Shown piece after piece: positions 12,476-26,730 of a stretch of 64,000 nucleotides of DNA. The stretch comes from Eledone cirrhosa (Eukaryota), in contig OZ024740.1 in the NCBI GenBank assembly GCA_964016885.1, forward strand, positions 329,902,001 through 329,966,000, in the 5' to 3' direction. Every line of letters starts with the position of its first letter. Within the stretch, counting starts at the first letter, position 1. The notes under the pieces were generated by a model, which searched no databases, had not been told where the DNA came from, and was given only the letters and a program-made list of their open reading frames with translations. The position numbers and the translations under genes are program-made.

Positions 12476-15400
12476 AGGTCTATTCTGTTCCAGTTTCTTG
12501 TCCGTCTGTATCCTAAAATCCCACAGCACCTTCACCTGATCGTTTTCTATCACCGACTCTGGCTTATGCTCATAGCACTTCTCAGAATGTCGTAAATTGT
12601 TTACTTTGCATAGGGGCTAGTGGACCACCCTGCCCATCACATCATGTCTCCAGCCCTTATAGTGAATCAGGGCTAGGTGTTTACACTCGGATACAATGTG
12701 AGCCACAGTCTCCTCTCTCTCTCCACAGATACTGCACAGTGGGCTAGCCTCCTCCTTGTAAATATAGTGTTTCAACCACTTCGTTTTGAGGGCCTGCTCC
12801 TGCGCAGCCATTAACATTCCTTCTGTAGCCTTTTTAAGGTCTCCTCTTTTCAACCAGTTCCATGTCTGTGGATCTCTGAATTCAGTTTTCCCAAAGAAGG
12901 TACTATGAAGAGATTTTTCCTGAAGGCTGCTCTTACTCCTTGATGTTATTTCCTCCTTGGACATCCCCTGGTCTATTGTCCCCTCCTTCAGTACAGTTCT
13001 GAGCATTGGCTCCTTACTATCAGTCACGTTATGTGTAAGTTGTTTTTCTCCATCTAAACACAGTCCTCTATGCTATTAAGACCTCTTCCACCTTCAGATC
13101 TCCTTAAGTAGAGTCTATCGACATCACTCCTCTTGTGGGACATGTTGTAGATAGTCAATAGCTTCCTAGTCTTCCTATCCATTTCTTTTTGTTCAGCAAC
13201 ATTCCATCTCAGAACTCCCACACTGTACCTAATAATAGACACAGCTCGGGAATTTACTGCACTTATGGCATTCCTACTGTTCAGATGTGACTTTAATACG
13301 CTCCTTACTCTCCGAATGTATTCAGTTCTTATCAATTCCTTAATTTTTTTTGTTCTTGATATCATCTGCCTCCATAAGTTGTATCCTTCTTCAGAGTCAA
13401 TTTCCTTTATCATCTCACCTGTTGGTACCTGGATTCCGTTACTTCTGCTCAATTTACCCCTCTTCATCACAAGGAGTCCACACTTACTAATACCAAATTG
13501 CATACATATATCATTGCTGAAAATACGGACAGTGTCAACAAGCACATCCAACTCCTTCTCACTCTTCCCGAAGAGCTTAAGATCGTCCATGAAGAGGAGG
13601 TGATTGATGGTAGGCCCTTCCTTTCCCAACCTGTATCCTGCTCTCACTTTTCGCAGTACACTGGTCAGGGGCATCAGGGCAAGGTCAAACAACAGAGGGG
13701 ACAGACTATCTCCCTGGTAGATACCTCTCTTGATCTTCACGCCTCCCAAGGATTATCCAGTTGATGTTAACTCTGTTTCCCAGGACTTCATACTTTTGTC
13801 AAAAAACTGTCTGATGTTATCTGCCACCTTGAACATCTCCAGGCTTTTGGTGATCCAAGAATGAGGCACCATGTCAAATGCCTTTTTGTAGTCTATCCAT
13901 CCCATGGCAAGACAAGTGTGTCTACTCTTGCAATTCCTCATTACCATCTTATCAATAAGTAACTGGTCCTTTGTACCACAGGACCTCTTTCGGCATCCTT
14001 TCTGTTCGTCCGGTAACAAGTTGTTTGTGTGGAGGTGATGGTAGATCTCCTCAGACATAATGCTTATCAACTGTTTCCACATTAAGGACAGACATGTGAT
14101 AGGTCTATAGTTGGTAACATCATTACCCTTGATTCGGTCTTTCATTATCAGAACTGTGGTACCTTTTGTCAACCACTCTGGTACCTCACCGGAGATCAAG
14201 CAGTCATTGAACATGGTTGTCAGTTTCGGGTGGAGGGATGTTATATTTTTAATCCAATACCCCTGCACACCATCTGGGCCTGGTGATTTCCAGTTGGTTA
14301 GTTTTTTGGCCTGCCCCTTAAGAGTTTCAACTGTGATACTCAAATCAGTTTGTCGGTGTGCCTGTTCACTAATCTCCTTCTGTACTGTTTCAATCCACAC
14401 TGCCTGGTCATTATGTTTAACATCCTGCTCCCATATTCCTCTCCAGAATGTTTTAGTTTATTCCGCCTCAGGGATCAAGTCGTTGCCTCTTTCTTTCCCT
14501 TCAAGCTGTCCAAACAGCATCCTCTGGTTGTTGTCAAATATGCGGTTCTGTCTATACTGACTGACTCTGTTCTCGTATCGCCTGATTTTTGCACTCTTTG
14601 CTACAATGTGTTGCTTCAGTTCCTAAATGATAATATTTAGCTTTTCCCTCCTAGTTTTGTACTTTATTTCCAGTCTATTTTTAGTGTCGATGCTTTTTAG
14701 TGTCCCATTCAGCAGGGAATCAAGCTTTCCAATGTCATTTCTCATTTCCCTGATTTGACCACTCAGTCGTTTCTTCCACCAAGACTCTGATCTTTCTTGT
14801 TTGTTGTTTCCTCACGATTTTATACCAAGTAGTTTCTTCACCGTGTTAGCTGTTGCTTTGAGGATATTGTTGCACTGGTGAAGGCTCCTCGCCTCAAGGT
14901 ATGGGGTGATTTTGTTTACCTTAGCTGTTGTTTCTTTTAACTTTTTCCTGTCTACAAATCTTAGGTTCATAGGTTTCCCACTATCATTGTTCAATTCATC
15001 TACCACTAAGTTTAGGATATCAACCAAATCTTGTCCTAGCCCGTCAGCATTCATCTCCTCAGTGGCCGTATCTCTGTTCTAGATATTATTTATCTCAGCA
15101 TTCAGATCATTGTCTGCTTCGGGTGGTTCCTCCGTTTTCTCGACCTCCTCACTTTCATTTCCCACTGGCTTGTTTGCCTCGCATACTCCACTCTCCATTT
15201 CCAAGCTAATCTCTCTGCTCAGTTCCTCCAGTTCCAGCTCACTTATCCATCCATTAGTTCTTATTACCCGAGCTTGCCCGGCCAATTTTTTTTCATCTAA
15301 TTTAAATAGCCCAATCTCGTTCCAGATGTTATGCATCCGTTTCCTATAGCCTTTCTCCTTGGGGTTACTCTTCGGGTAACATTACATAACAGTTCTATTC

Positions 15401-15960
15401 AATTCTTTCGTCCAGTTGCTTCTGGTCCCTTTCCTTCTTCTTCTTCCTCCGACGCTAGCAGTATTTGGTTGACAGCCAGGTCCCTGCTGCTGAGCCAGGG
15501 AGCACCTGTTGGGTGAGAGTCTGTCACATGACATTCTAGTCTCCATTTCACCGTTATTCGAACTGTTTAGGTTCGACATTTAAACACTCTTATCGAGGAT
15601 TGGCGAATGTGTGGTTACATAACCACCGGTGATTTCATCACCCCCGGTGATTTCGTCACTCCCGGTGATTTTTGTGTGACATTATCACGCTGTAGACGAA
15701 CATAAATAAACAAACAAACAGGCAACCCCCCCCCCCCCAAAAAAAAAAAATGAATAAGTATAAGTTTCATTGTAATGTAATGTTTGAATGTCTGACTTAG
15801 TTTTTCCCTTCCCTTCTCTGTCCGTCTGTTTGTTTTTCTCTTCATTTTTCGTTTCTTTACGTTTATCGTTGTTGCTGTGCTGCTTTGATTTTGATTTTTG
15901 GCTCTTTGATTTTGACCGTGTCATCAATTCAGTCTATTTATATATTTTGATGTCTTCCTC
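12475..15960 (-). mobile_element. R4/Dong-clade non-LTR retrotransposon copy A (5'-intact, 3' end missing, degenerate)
   Basis: Fragments with KSPGPDG, NYRPITCL, WIDYKKAFDMVPH, RGIYQGDSLSP, HLLFMDDLKL and CSIC..HIVSEC..RHD; collinear with 39393-42800; the 5' boundary is approximate. Confidence 0.9.
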
Positions 15961-15974
15961 TTTTAGTGGGGACA

Positions 15975-16770
15975 CTACGATTTAGCAGGACTAGTGGGAG
16001 AGAATAGCAGGCGGCAGTGATAATGATGCAGTGGCGGTGGTGGTGGTGGTGGCGGTGCTGTGCTAGTAGTATCTTGCAGGAGGCAGTGGGATAGAATAGC
16101 GGCGGCAGCGATAATGAGCCAGTGGCGGTGGTGATGTGATCGTAGTACTGTAGCGGTGGTGTTGAAGTTGGAGTAGAAATAGCACCGAGGCAACTTGACC
16201 AGAGTTTTTAGCGTGGTAGTGGCGGCGGTGTTGGTGGTGAAATTATCTTTAGCTATTTAGCTATTTAGTCATTTTGCCCTTTTTTCTCCTTTTCGACTCT
16301 AACATTCCTGATCCAAAATTAAATATTAATATTGTTTATTAACATTGTCTAGTGATACCGCCACCTTCCCTTTTCGTAAGTTAACATAAGGTAATGTGGG
16401 AATAGCGGTGGCAGCAATGAAGGAGTGGCGGCGGCGATGGGATAGTGGTAGCAATGATGATTGGGTGGTGGCGGCGGTGAATATAGTGATGGCGTTGTCG
16501 TTACTGAGTTTTGTTGAATAGACTGTATTTTTGTTTGATCGGTGAATCTATGTGGTTAGTCGCGTATATGTGTTGACATATTTACTTAATATTGGAATTA
16601 AACATTTTGTGAAAACTTGAGACAATAATAATAGTAATTATAATTATTATGCTAGGATTGGCGGTGGTGGTGGTGAAATTGCCGTTATCTGGCTGTTATA
16701 TTTAGTGTACAGAGAGGAGTAATGGGGTAGGTTGTGTATCTAGTTTGTGGTATTGGTGAAATTGCTGTTA
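15975..16770. repeat. Low-complexity (GGT/GGC/AGT)n-rich region
   Basis: Repeated ggcggtggtggtggtg motifs. Confidence 0.6.
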
Positions 16771-17063
16771 TTTGGCTGTTCTATATAGTCTTCCATTTAT
16801 AATCATTTTCTTTTTTGAATGTAAAATGTATACTACAAAATTGAATATTTGAGCGATATAACAATATATTATGGATCCGAATTTTCCTGGGTCTTGAGTT
16901 TGGTGCTTATGCATCATTTGTACTAAGAATTGATATTTCACAATTGATTTAAATATGTTAAAAATCAAAAACTTATGGGAGCGATTTCATGACCTTCTTT
17001 CCACCATGTACGTCTTCTTCCCTTATCATTATTATTATTATTATTATTATTATTGTTGTTGTT

Positions 17064-18287
17064 ATTCCTTGAATCTCAGTCATTGATGTTGGTTAACTGG
17101 AAAGTCCGTTGGATTGAATATCAAGCCACTACCTGCAGCCTCAGATATTCAGGACGTATCGGAGGGTTCTTGCTGTTCCAAGCAAGCATGCCTTTTGAAG
17201 CGTTCCAAAAAGCGTGAAGGGGCCGATTTTCTTTAACCATCCCTGGAAGCTTTTGAAGATAGTCCCCAGTGCGCCTATGACAATCGGGATCACTTTGACT
17301 TCATGGCAGTTCCAAATCCTTTTCACCTCCCACTTTAGGTCCTGGTATCGGTTAATTTTCTCCCTCTCCTTCTCTTGCACTCTCGTGTCGAATGGGCAGG
17401 CCACATCCACAATCAGGCACGATCTTTTTTCTTTGTCCACAACCACCAGGTCAGGCCTATTGTGTTCCAGTTTTTTGTCCGTCTGTATCCTAAAATCCCA
17501 CAGCACCTTCACCTGATTGTTCTCCATCATCGCCTCTGGCCTATGCCCATACCATTTCTCAGAATGTGGTAAATTGTTTACTTTGCACAGGTGCCAGTGG
17601 ATGACCCTGCCCATCACATCGTGTCTCCAGCCCTTATAGTGGGTCTGGGCTAGGTGTTTACACTCGGACACAATGTGAGCCACAGTCTCCTCTCTCTCTC
17701 TCCACAGATCCTGCACAGTGGGCTAGCCTCCTCCTTGTAGATATGGTGCTTCAACCACTTCGTTTTGAGGGCCTGCTCCTGCGCAGCCATTAGCATTCCT
17801 TCTGTAGCCTTTTTGAGGTCTCCTCTTCTCAACCAGTTCCATGTCTGTGGATCTCTAAATTCAGTTTTCTCAAAGAAGGTACTATGAAGGGATTTTCCCT
17901 TAAGGCTGCTCTTCCTCCTTGATGTTATTTCCTCCTTGGACATCCCCTGGCCTACTGTCCCCTCCTTCAGTACAGTTCTGAGCATTGGCTCCTTACTATA
18001 GGTCACGTATTTGTATAGGTTGTTTTTCTCCATCTGAACACAGTCCTCTATGCTGATAAGACCTCTTCCACCCTCAGATCTCCTTAGGTAGAGTCTATCG
18101 ACATCACTCCTCTTGTGGAACATATTGTAGATAGTTAATAGCTTCCTAGTCTTCCTATCCATTTCTTTTTGTTCAGCAACATTCCATCTCAGAATTCCCG
18201 CACTGTACCTGATAATAGACACAGCTCGGGAATTTACTGCGCTTATGGCATTTCTGCTGTTCAGATGTGACTTCAATACGCTCCTTA
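17064..18287 (-). mobile_element. R4/Dong LINE copy B, 5'-truncated
   Basis: CRIC..HIVSEC..RHD and NRPDL..IVDVACP..EK..RY restriction-like endonuclease; flanked by (TTA)n on both sides. Confidence 0.92.
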
Positions 18288-18313
18288 TTATTATTATTAT
18301 TATTATTGTTGTT

Positions 18314-18671
18314 ATTCCTTGAATCTCAGTCATTGATGTTGGTTAACTGGAAAGTCCGTTGGATTGAATATCAAGCCACTACCTGCAGCCTCAGATATTC
18401 AGGACGTATCGGAGGGTTCTTGCTGTTCCAAGCAAGCATGCCTTTTGAAGCGTTCCAAAAAGCGTGAAGGGGCCGATTTTCTTTAACCATCCCTGGAAAC
18501 TTTTGGAGATAGTCCCCAGTGCGCCTATGACAATCGGGATCACTTTGACTTCATGGCAGTTCCAAATCCTTTTCACCTCCCACTTTAGGTCCTGGTATCG
18601 GTTAATTTTCTCCCTCTCCTTCTCTTGCACTCTCGTGTCGAACGGGCAGGCCACATCCACAATCAGGCACG

Positions 18672-18673
<2 letters not shown>
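18314..18673 (-). mobile_element. R4/Dong LINE copy C, short 3' fragment
   Basis: Near-identical to 17064-17423; flanked by (TTA)n. Confidence 0.92.
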
Positions 18674-18710
<37 letters not shown>

Positions 18711-18719
18711 ATTATTATT

Positions 18720-21174
18720 GTTCTTTGAGTGTCTGTCATTGATGTTATTTAACTGGAAAGTTTGTTGAAATGAATATCAAGGCATCTACCTGCACCCTCA
18801 GATATTCAGGACGTATCGGAGGGTTCTTGCTGTTCCCAGAAAGCATGCCTTTTGAAGTGTTCCGAAAAGCGAGGCTGGACCAGCTTTCTTGAACCATCCT
18901 TAGAAACTCTTTGAGATAGTACCTAGTGCGCCTATGACGATTGGGATCACTTTGACTTCATGGCAGTTCCAATTCCTTTTTACCTCCCACTTTAAGTCCT
19001 GGTATCTGTTAATTTTCTCCCTCTCCTTCTCTTGCACTCTCGTGTCGAATGGGCAGGCTACATCCACAATGAGGCACGATCTTTTTTCTTTGTCCACAAC
19101 CACCAGGTCAGGTCTGTTGTGTTCCAGTTTCTTGTCCGTCTGTATCCTAAAATCCCACAGCACCTTCACCTGATCGTTTTCTATCACCGACTCTGGCTTA
19201 TGCTCATACCACTTCTCAGAATGTCGTAAATTGTTTACTTTGCATAGGTGCCAGTGGATCACCCTGCCCATCACATCATGTCTCCAGCCCTTATAGTGGG
19301 TCTGGGCAAGTATTTACACTCGGATACAATGTGAGCCACAGTCTCCTCTCTCTCTCCACAGATACTGCACAGTGGGCTAGCCTCCTCCTTGTAAATATGG
19401 TGTTTCAACCACTTCGTTTTGAGGGCCTGCTCTTGCGCAGCCATTAACATTCCTTCTGTAGCCTTTTTAAGTTCTCATCTTTTCAACCAGTGCCATGTCT
19501 GTGGATCTCTGAATTCAGTTTTCTCAAAGAAGGTACTATGAAGGGATTTTTCCTGAAGGCTGATCTTTCTTCTTGTAGTTATTTCCTCCTTGGACATCCC
19601 CTGGTCTATTGTCCTCTCCTTCAGTACAGTTCTGAACATTGGCTCCTTACTATCAGTCACGTATTTGTGTAGGTTGTTTTTCTCCATCTGAAAACAGTCC
19701 TCTATGCTGATAAGACCTCTTCCACTCTCAGATCTCCTTAAGTATAGTCTATCGACATCACTCCTCTTGTGGAACATGTTGTAGATAGTCAATAGCTTCC
19801 TAGTTTTCCTATCCATTTCTTTTTGTTCAGCAACATTCCATCTCAGAATTCCCGCACTGTACTTAATAATAGACACAGCTCGGGAATTTACTGCACTTAT
19901 GGCATTCCTACTGTTCAGATGTGACTATAATACGCTCCTTACTCTCCGAATCTATTCAGATCTTATCAATTCCTTCATTTATTTGTACTTGATGCCATCT
20001 GCCTCCCGAACACCTAGATATTTGTATCCTTCTTCAGTGTCAATTTCCTTTATTATATCACCTGTTGGTACCTGGATTCCGTTGCTTATGATTAATTTAC
20101 CCCTCTTCATCACTAGGAGTCCACACTTACTAATACCAAATTGCATACATATATAATTGCTGATTATACGGACAGTGTCAACAAGCACATCCACCTCCTT
20201 CTCACTCTTACCGAAGAGCTTAAGATCGTCCATGAAGAGGAGGTGATTGATGGTAAGCTCTCATTTTCCCAACTTGTATCCTGCTCTCACTTTTCGCAGT
20301 ATGATGGTCAGGGGTATCAGGGAAATGACAAACAACAGAGGGGGAAAACTATCTCCCTGGAAGATACCTCTCTTGATTCTCACGCCTCCCAAGGATTCTC
20401 CACCCGATGTTAACTCTGTTTTCCAGGACTACATACTTTTTTTCAACATCAGTCTGATGTTATCTGCCACCCTGAAGATCTCTAGGCTTTTGGTGATCCA
20501 AGAATGAGGTACCATGTCAAACGCCTTTTTGTAGTCTATCCCTCCCATGGCGAGACCAGTGTGTCTCCTCTTGCAATTCCTCATTACCATCTTATCAATA
20601 AGTAAATTGACTTTTGTACCACAGGACTTATTTCGGCATCCTCTCTGTTCGTCCGGTAACAAGTTGTTTATGTGGAGGTGATGGTAGATTTCCTCAGACA
20701 CAATGCTTGTTAAGAGTTTCCACATTATGGACAGGCATGTGATAAGTCTACAGTTGGTAACATCATTACACTTGATTCGACCTTTCATTACCAGAACTGT
20801 GGTACCTTTTTTCAACCACTACATCACCTGACATCAAACAGTCATTGAACATGGTTGTCAGTTTCGTGTGGAGGGATGTTATATTGTTAATCCGATACCT
20901 CTGCACACCATCTGGGCCTGGTACTTTCCAGTTGGTTAGTTTTTTGCCTGCCCCTTAAGAGTTTCAACTGTGATAATCAAATCAGTTTGTTGGTATGCCT
21001 GTTCACTAATCTGCTTTTGTACTGTCTCAATCCACACTGCCTTATCATTATGTTTAACATCCTGGTCCCATATTCCTCTCCAGAATGTCTTAGTCTATTC
21101 CGCCTCAGGGATCAAGTCGTTGCCTCTTTCTTTCCTTTCAAGCTGTCCAAACAACATCTTCTGGTTGTTGTCAA

Positions 21175-21175
<1 letters not shown>
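18720..21175 (-). mobile_element. R4/Dong LINE copy D, 5'-truncated, more diverged
   Basis: Degenerate RT (IDYKKAFDMVPH, MDDLKL) and RLE (NRPDL) ORF pieces; (TTA)n on both sides. Confidence 0.92.
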
Positions 21176-21211
<36 letters not shown>

Positions 21212-21212
21212 T

Positions 21213-21405
21213 AAGGGCGGTGGATTGGCAGTATCGGTAAGGGTCGGACGCCATGCTTTGAAGCATAGATGTACCTCCCTTTATGATATGAGTTCAATTC
21301 CCGCCGAGGTTAACTTTGCCTTTCATCCTTACGGGGTCGATAAAATAAAGTGCCAGTAATACACTGAGATAATTGCTGGCCTTGTGCCATAAGTAGAAAC
21401 AATTA
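21213..21405 (+). mobile_element. tRNA-derived SINE (octopus-type)
   Basis: aagggcgg..tggcagtatcgg A box, gagttcaattccc B box, core gcctttcatccttacggggtcgataaaataaagt, tail ggccttgtgcc..gaaacaattatt; five copies in the window. Confidence 0.85.
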
Positions 21406-21559
21406 TTATTATTAGTAGTAGTAGTAGTATTAGTAGTAGTAGCAGCAGCATTAGAAGAAGAAGAAGGTGTGGCAGTAATATTATTATTATTAGTAGTAGT
21501 AACCGAACCTCTCCGTGAGACTGGCCTTAATGGGAGAGTCACCTAAATTGACCTGAAGT

Positions 21560-21772
21560 AGTATTGACGTACATGGGAGTCGAACCCACATCTTTCGTTA
21601 TCCAGACCACTGTGCTACCATTACACCAACACATCACCCATCTTCCTACATTCAAATTAGAAGCTACATTCTTAGCGAGTATAAATGACAAGTAAGTATG
21701 TGTTGGTGTCATGATAGCACAGTGGTCTGGATAACCAAATATGTGGGTTCGTCTCCCATGTACGTCAGTACT
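21560..21772. other. Divergent inverted pair of tRNA-like sequences
   Basis: 21560-21634 (-) and 21698-21772 (+) are inverted copies with A box tggtgtaatggtagca and B box ggttcgactcc. Confidence 0.65.
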
Positions 21773-21903
21773 CATCTTTTTCCATTTACCTGAGGGTTCT
21801 AAACCCCATTATCAGGCTAAAATTTCTTTAGTCAAAAATACGGTGAAAACTATTCGATTTTCTAATTTCAAACCTGCTCACTGTTTCAACACATACTTAC
21901 TTG

Positions 21904-21962
<59 letters not shown>

Positions 21963-22254
21963 GTAGGAGGTGAGTTTTATTGTAGTACAATAAAACAATG
22001 CAGATATCGGATAAGAAGCACTCTACAGTTTGTAGGACTGGAGTATGCATAATATAAGATCAAAAGATGGTTAAAGGAGTTCCATGTATTTTATTATGCG
22101 CATTTCAAAAACAAACATCATCATGCAATAATATTTGTGTTTTCATCAGATAAAACAGGAGAACATGATATGAAGGCTAAAAAACACTTGTGGATAGTGC
22201 AGTTTTAAATCAACATATGAAAAGTGGTTTTAGATTGATGTGTGATATTGGGAA

Positions 22255-22650
22255 AAAATATTTTATTTAGAGAGGGGGGGGGGTGGAAAGGATGAAAAGG
22301 GAAGGAGATGAGAGGGAGAGATGGGTGATATTGAGAAAGAGATAGTTTTTATAACTGAGAGGAGATATATTTTTTACATAGAGAGGTTGAAAACCGTTGG
22401 AAGATACTGTATAAATTAAAAATTTTGAAAATTAACGAAGGGAGGATATGTGCGAGGAAAAAATATTTTATTTAGGGAGGGGGGGATGAAAAAAAAGGGG
22501 GAGGAGATGAGAGTGAAGGTGGAGAGGGAGAGATGGGTGATAGAGAGAAAGAGATAGTTTTTATAACTGAGAAAATGTTATCTTCCAACGGTTCCCAAAC
22601 TCTCTATGTTAAAACAATATATCTTTTTCTCAGTTATAAAAACTATCTCT
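22255..22650. repeat. Purine-rich direct duplication followed by an inverted segment
   Basis: About 22255-22360 repeats at 22458-22572; 22580-22650 is the reverse complement of ~22339-22405. Confidence 0.65.
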
Positions 22651-22985
22651 TGGTCAGTGGCAGATTCTAAAAAATCAATCACGTGACACTGAGGTAAATC
22701 AGTGAGGAGTGGGGTGGTATTATGACAAGAGCCTACTACTACTACCATGAACCATAGCAGTAAATTTTGGCAAGTTTTACTCAACAAATAATTTGGAAAT
22801 AAATATAGAGAATTAGAATATTTTAGTAAGTAAGTTAATCTTTAATTTTTAAAATTTTCTTATTTTACGTCTTTCATATAATTGTTCTGCATCCCCCTGC
22901 ATAGAACCACAAATGTACTAAGACATAACATATATATTTGCTAGCATGGGTATACATCTGTATACATATGTTGGTAGATATACTA

Positions 22986-23027
<42 letters not shown>

Positions 23028-23151
23028 GGGGGGGGGGTGTATTTATATCTGAAATTAAATATCTCTCAAATATCATTAAGTGTCGAGGACAGATTAATAG
23101 AACCATGTAGAGATTTAGAAAGAAAGAATATGTGTTCGAGTAAACAACAAC

Positions 23152-23187
<36 letters not shown>

Positions 23188-23196
23188 TGTGAGAGA

Positions 23197-23238
<42 letters not shown>

Positions 23239-24061
23239 AGTTAATATTATGTTGTTGATTTAGAGTTATATAAATGGCACACATTTACTGATGTGGCGAC
23301 TCAAATTGTGAAGAATTCAATGTGTGCGTTAATTTGATATAACTATTTGACCAATGATATTATTATAACTTAATTAAATCACGAAGTGAAGTGATGTGCA
23401 TACATGCTAGGCACGAGAGATGATATTGGTGCTGTACGTATCTTGTTTGATATAATCGTATTGAAATGTAGGGATAACATTTTCGATTTCCACACATAAT
23501 TCCAAGAAATAGGAATTGATTTTTGCCGCAAGTGGGAGGAATTGACCAGGGAAACAAAGTTTATGGCCTGATAAATAGCTAGCTAATTTAGAAACTTAGT
23601 ATCATTTGTACTAGCCCAGTGTCTGGTTGCCTCAGGTAGAACTACGTCGTAAATACGAGGGTATTTTATTAAATTCCATTTGTGTTGTTTGAGCAGTGCA
23701 TACAATAAACTTATATACTTGTGTAACTTAGGCAAATAATCAGTTTTCTAGGATGTCTGGTATTGATCAAGTCTTTTTGAACTTCAATGTAATGCTTAAC
23801 ATTTTCATTGTTTCATGTTTGCTATGCTCATGCACCATTCGATATTATAAAGCTTAACTTCCTATCGACTTTGAAGTTAATATTCATGTGTGTACACGCA
23901 AACGTACAGGATTGCTTTTTTTTGTTTCTTTTGATTTTTTTGCGAAACTCTGTGTTCTTTGGAAACATAATAAGTCAATTCAATAAAAAATTTATGTATA
24001 GTCGTATTCTCAGTTATCAGATACAGTTGTTTAGGACAATGGGATTGATGAGTCAACATCT

Positions 24062-25085
24062 GTAGACAACAACTACGATACGCGATGGTGCCCATCCACA
24101 GCCCCGGCGGACAGAACGGAGAAGGAGTTTCCTCGGAGGACGGCAAGGGAGACGCGCTGGAAAAGCCACTCCAACTCGCGGAGCTCACACCTGAGGCTGG
24201 CCAGCTCAGCGCCTATGGTGGTGAGTAAGGAGGTAGCCCTGGGGCCGAGGACACCAGCAGTCTCCACTGCCAGGGGTACGACCGCAAACCTGTCGCAGAG
24301 CGACCGGTATTTGAGGAGTTTGGCTCCCTCAGCCGGACGTGTAGCAGAACTTGGGTCAGTCGCAGACTGCACCAGGTTGCGGCTGCAGAAAGTTTCGGTG
24401 CAAGTTGCATCCCAGACGAGGAGTTTGCCACCGCGGAACGGGAAGATGGTCATGCCATCTGGCCTTTTGCCGTCCTCTCGATCCAGTCCCATCGGCTCAA
24501 GCTGGGTAGGGGAGCCTGCAGCGAAACTCCATTCTTAATGACCTCGTTGAGAGCAGCATGGCGTGGAATGCGGCCGGCACTGTGGCGACAAGAAACCTGG
24601 CGGAGGCCGAAAGAGTCCTCGGTGGAACCGCAACTACATTGGTGTGGCTGTCAGATCCGGAGGCCGAGCCTCAGGGAAACGCCGATGGGCAGGCTATAGT
24701 TGTCTAGCTGCGTGCCAGTTGAGTTGGAGGGCAGGGTATGGAGCCAGGCACCACTGTAGGGTTTTGAGGCCGCACGAAAACAAGCAAGGCGGTGCTGGTC
24801 GAACTAGCGCCTGAGCCAGTCTGAGGCCAGGCTGCACTGGATGGCATCCCAAGTGCGTTGGGGTGACTTGACGTCAACATAGGGAGAAGGAGGAGGGACA
24901 TCTACTGGGCTAAGTTCCAGCCGGTCCTACGTCTCACAGGCGGCCTCACGTTCTCTGAACACAGAGGGTTCTGTTGTGTTTTGAAGAACCCTGCTGACGA
25001 GGACGCGGCACGAGGTTACCGACGAAAGATACGCCGGCAAAGCTAGTGAGATCGGAGAACGGTAGCGAAGGCCGCCATACCTGAC
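24062..25085 (-). mobile_element. CRE-like non-LTR retrotransposon 3' fragment (restriction-like endonuclease)
   Basis: GC-rich island; CRHSAGRIPRHAALNEVI followed by DGKRPDGMT..LVWDATC..PLAVETAG..RVSLAVLRGN. Confidence 0.8.
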
Positions 25086-26438
25086 ATAATAAGTTGTAAT
25101 GTGATAATTGCAAAACTAGTATTTAAGTTGTATGTGTCTCTATACTGGGATTCTAGTTTCGTACACAGTGTAGTTGTTTAGCTACAATTGAAGACATATT
25201 TTGCAGACCTATTCACCGTACACCACCTTTATGAAGCAAGCAAGATGCGATTTGCGAATGGTAGATAATTCTTGCAAGAAATGACGTGTTTATGAGATAT
25301 GTAGATTAGAATATTCGTAAGCTTTTATATTCAAAAACATTATTCGAATTAGTTAATATTCTGGTAGGGATGATGATAAATATGTCATTTAACTATATAG
25401 AACGAGTACAAGAGGTATACAGCTAATTTGAGTAGCCTCAGATGTATCGACAATTCCCTCATCGAAGTCGAACGTATCAACAAGTATAATTTTCTATTTG
25501 AGAAACAAGTGTACATATCTAGCTGCTACCATGGCAGTTATTTTCAAAGAACCTTTCTTCTCTCAGGTAAAATAATATAATGTTGTCTAAATCCATTATG
25601 TTGTGCCGGGAGATATAGCAGAACAGATATTGAGGAAATCATGGCATATCGGATTTTATTTTCAGATACACACAGTCAAAAAAGGAAACACGCAATAATA
25701 AGAACTGGGATGTATTTTGTAATGAATCTCCACAAAGAAGGTTGGCCCATTGAGCTAGTAAACTGTTGTCATTTTATTATAATTCCTGCACGATTTGAAT
25801 TAACTTCGATAAGATTAATAAGTTTTGGACAGTATTTCGCCAGACTATGTCTAAATTAATAGGAACTCCTGGCGATGTATTTCAAATCGTGGTTTGGACA
25901 CCATGTCTCTCTCACATAGAGTTATTGTTATTTTAGTCATATCCATGTGTATGGGGTTTATCGGGAATTTCTTTGAGGAATTTGTCCAAGGACGTTTAGG
26001 GTTTCATGAGATCTAATTCTGTTGTTATATGTTTTGGTCTCATGTTAAAATGAGCGGGACGAGTTGAGGGGAAATGATATTGCTAAAATGTTTTTATGAG
26101 AGTTTGATTTTCTTTGGGGGCGGATAGCACGAGGCTCAAGACGTATGTGTATATTAAACATAATTTTGGTAACTCTGATGGAATATTTTCTATATTATGA
26201 AGATAACGTTGTACTCACGGCCTCGTTGGTGAGAGTAGAGGTTCAGCTTTTCTAGAGGTTCAGCTTACAATATTTAATAGAAGATTTAGGTATCTGAAAT
26301 GTTCTAAAGTATATAGCAGAAAATGGATAACTTTTGCCTAATGATATTGGGTGATTTCATTACGGCCACAGGCAAACCATATAAATGCACACAGACAACT
26401 ACAGATACGGACACACAAATACTAACAAACACACACGC

Positions 26439-26489
<51 letters not shown>

Positions 26490-26495
26490 CACACA

Positions 26496-26730
<235 letters not shown>

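Noticed and set aside
24995-25040. CTGACGA...GAAA match
   Set aside because: Lies antisense within CRE coding sequence; helices II and III do not form.
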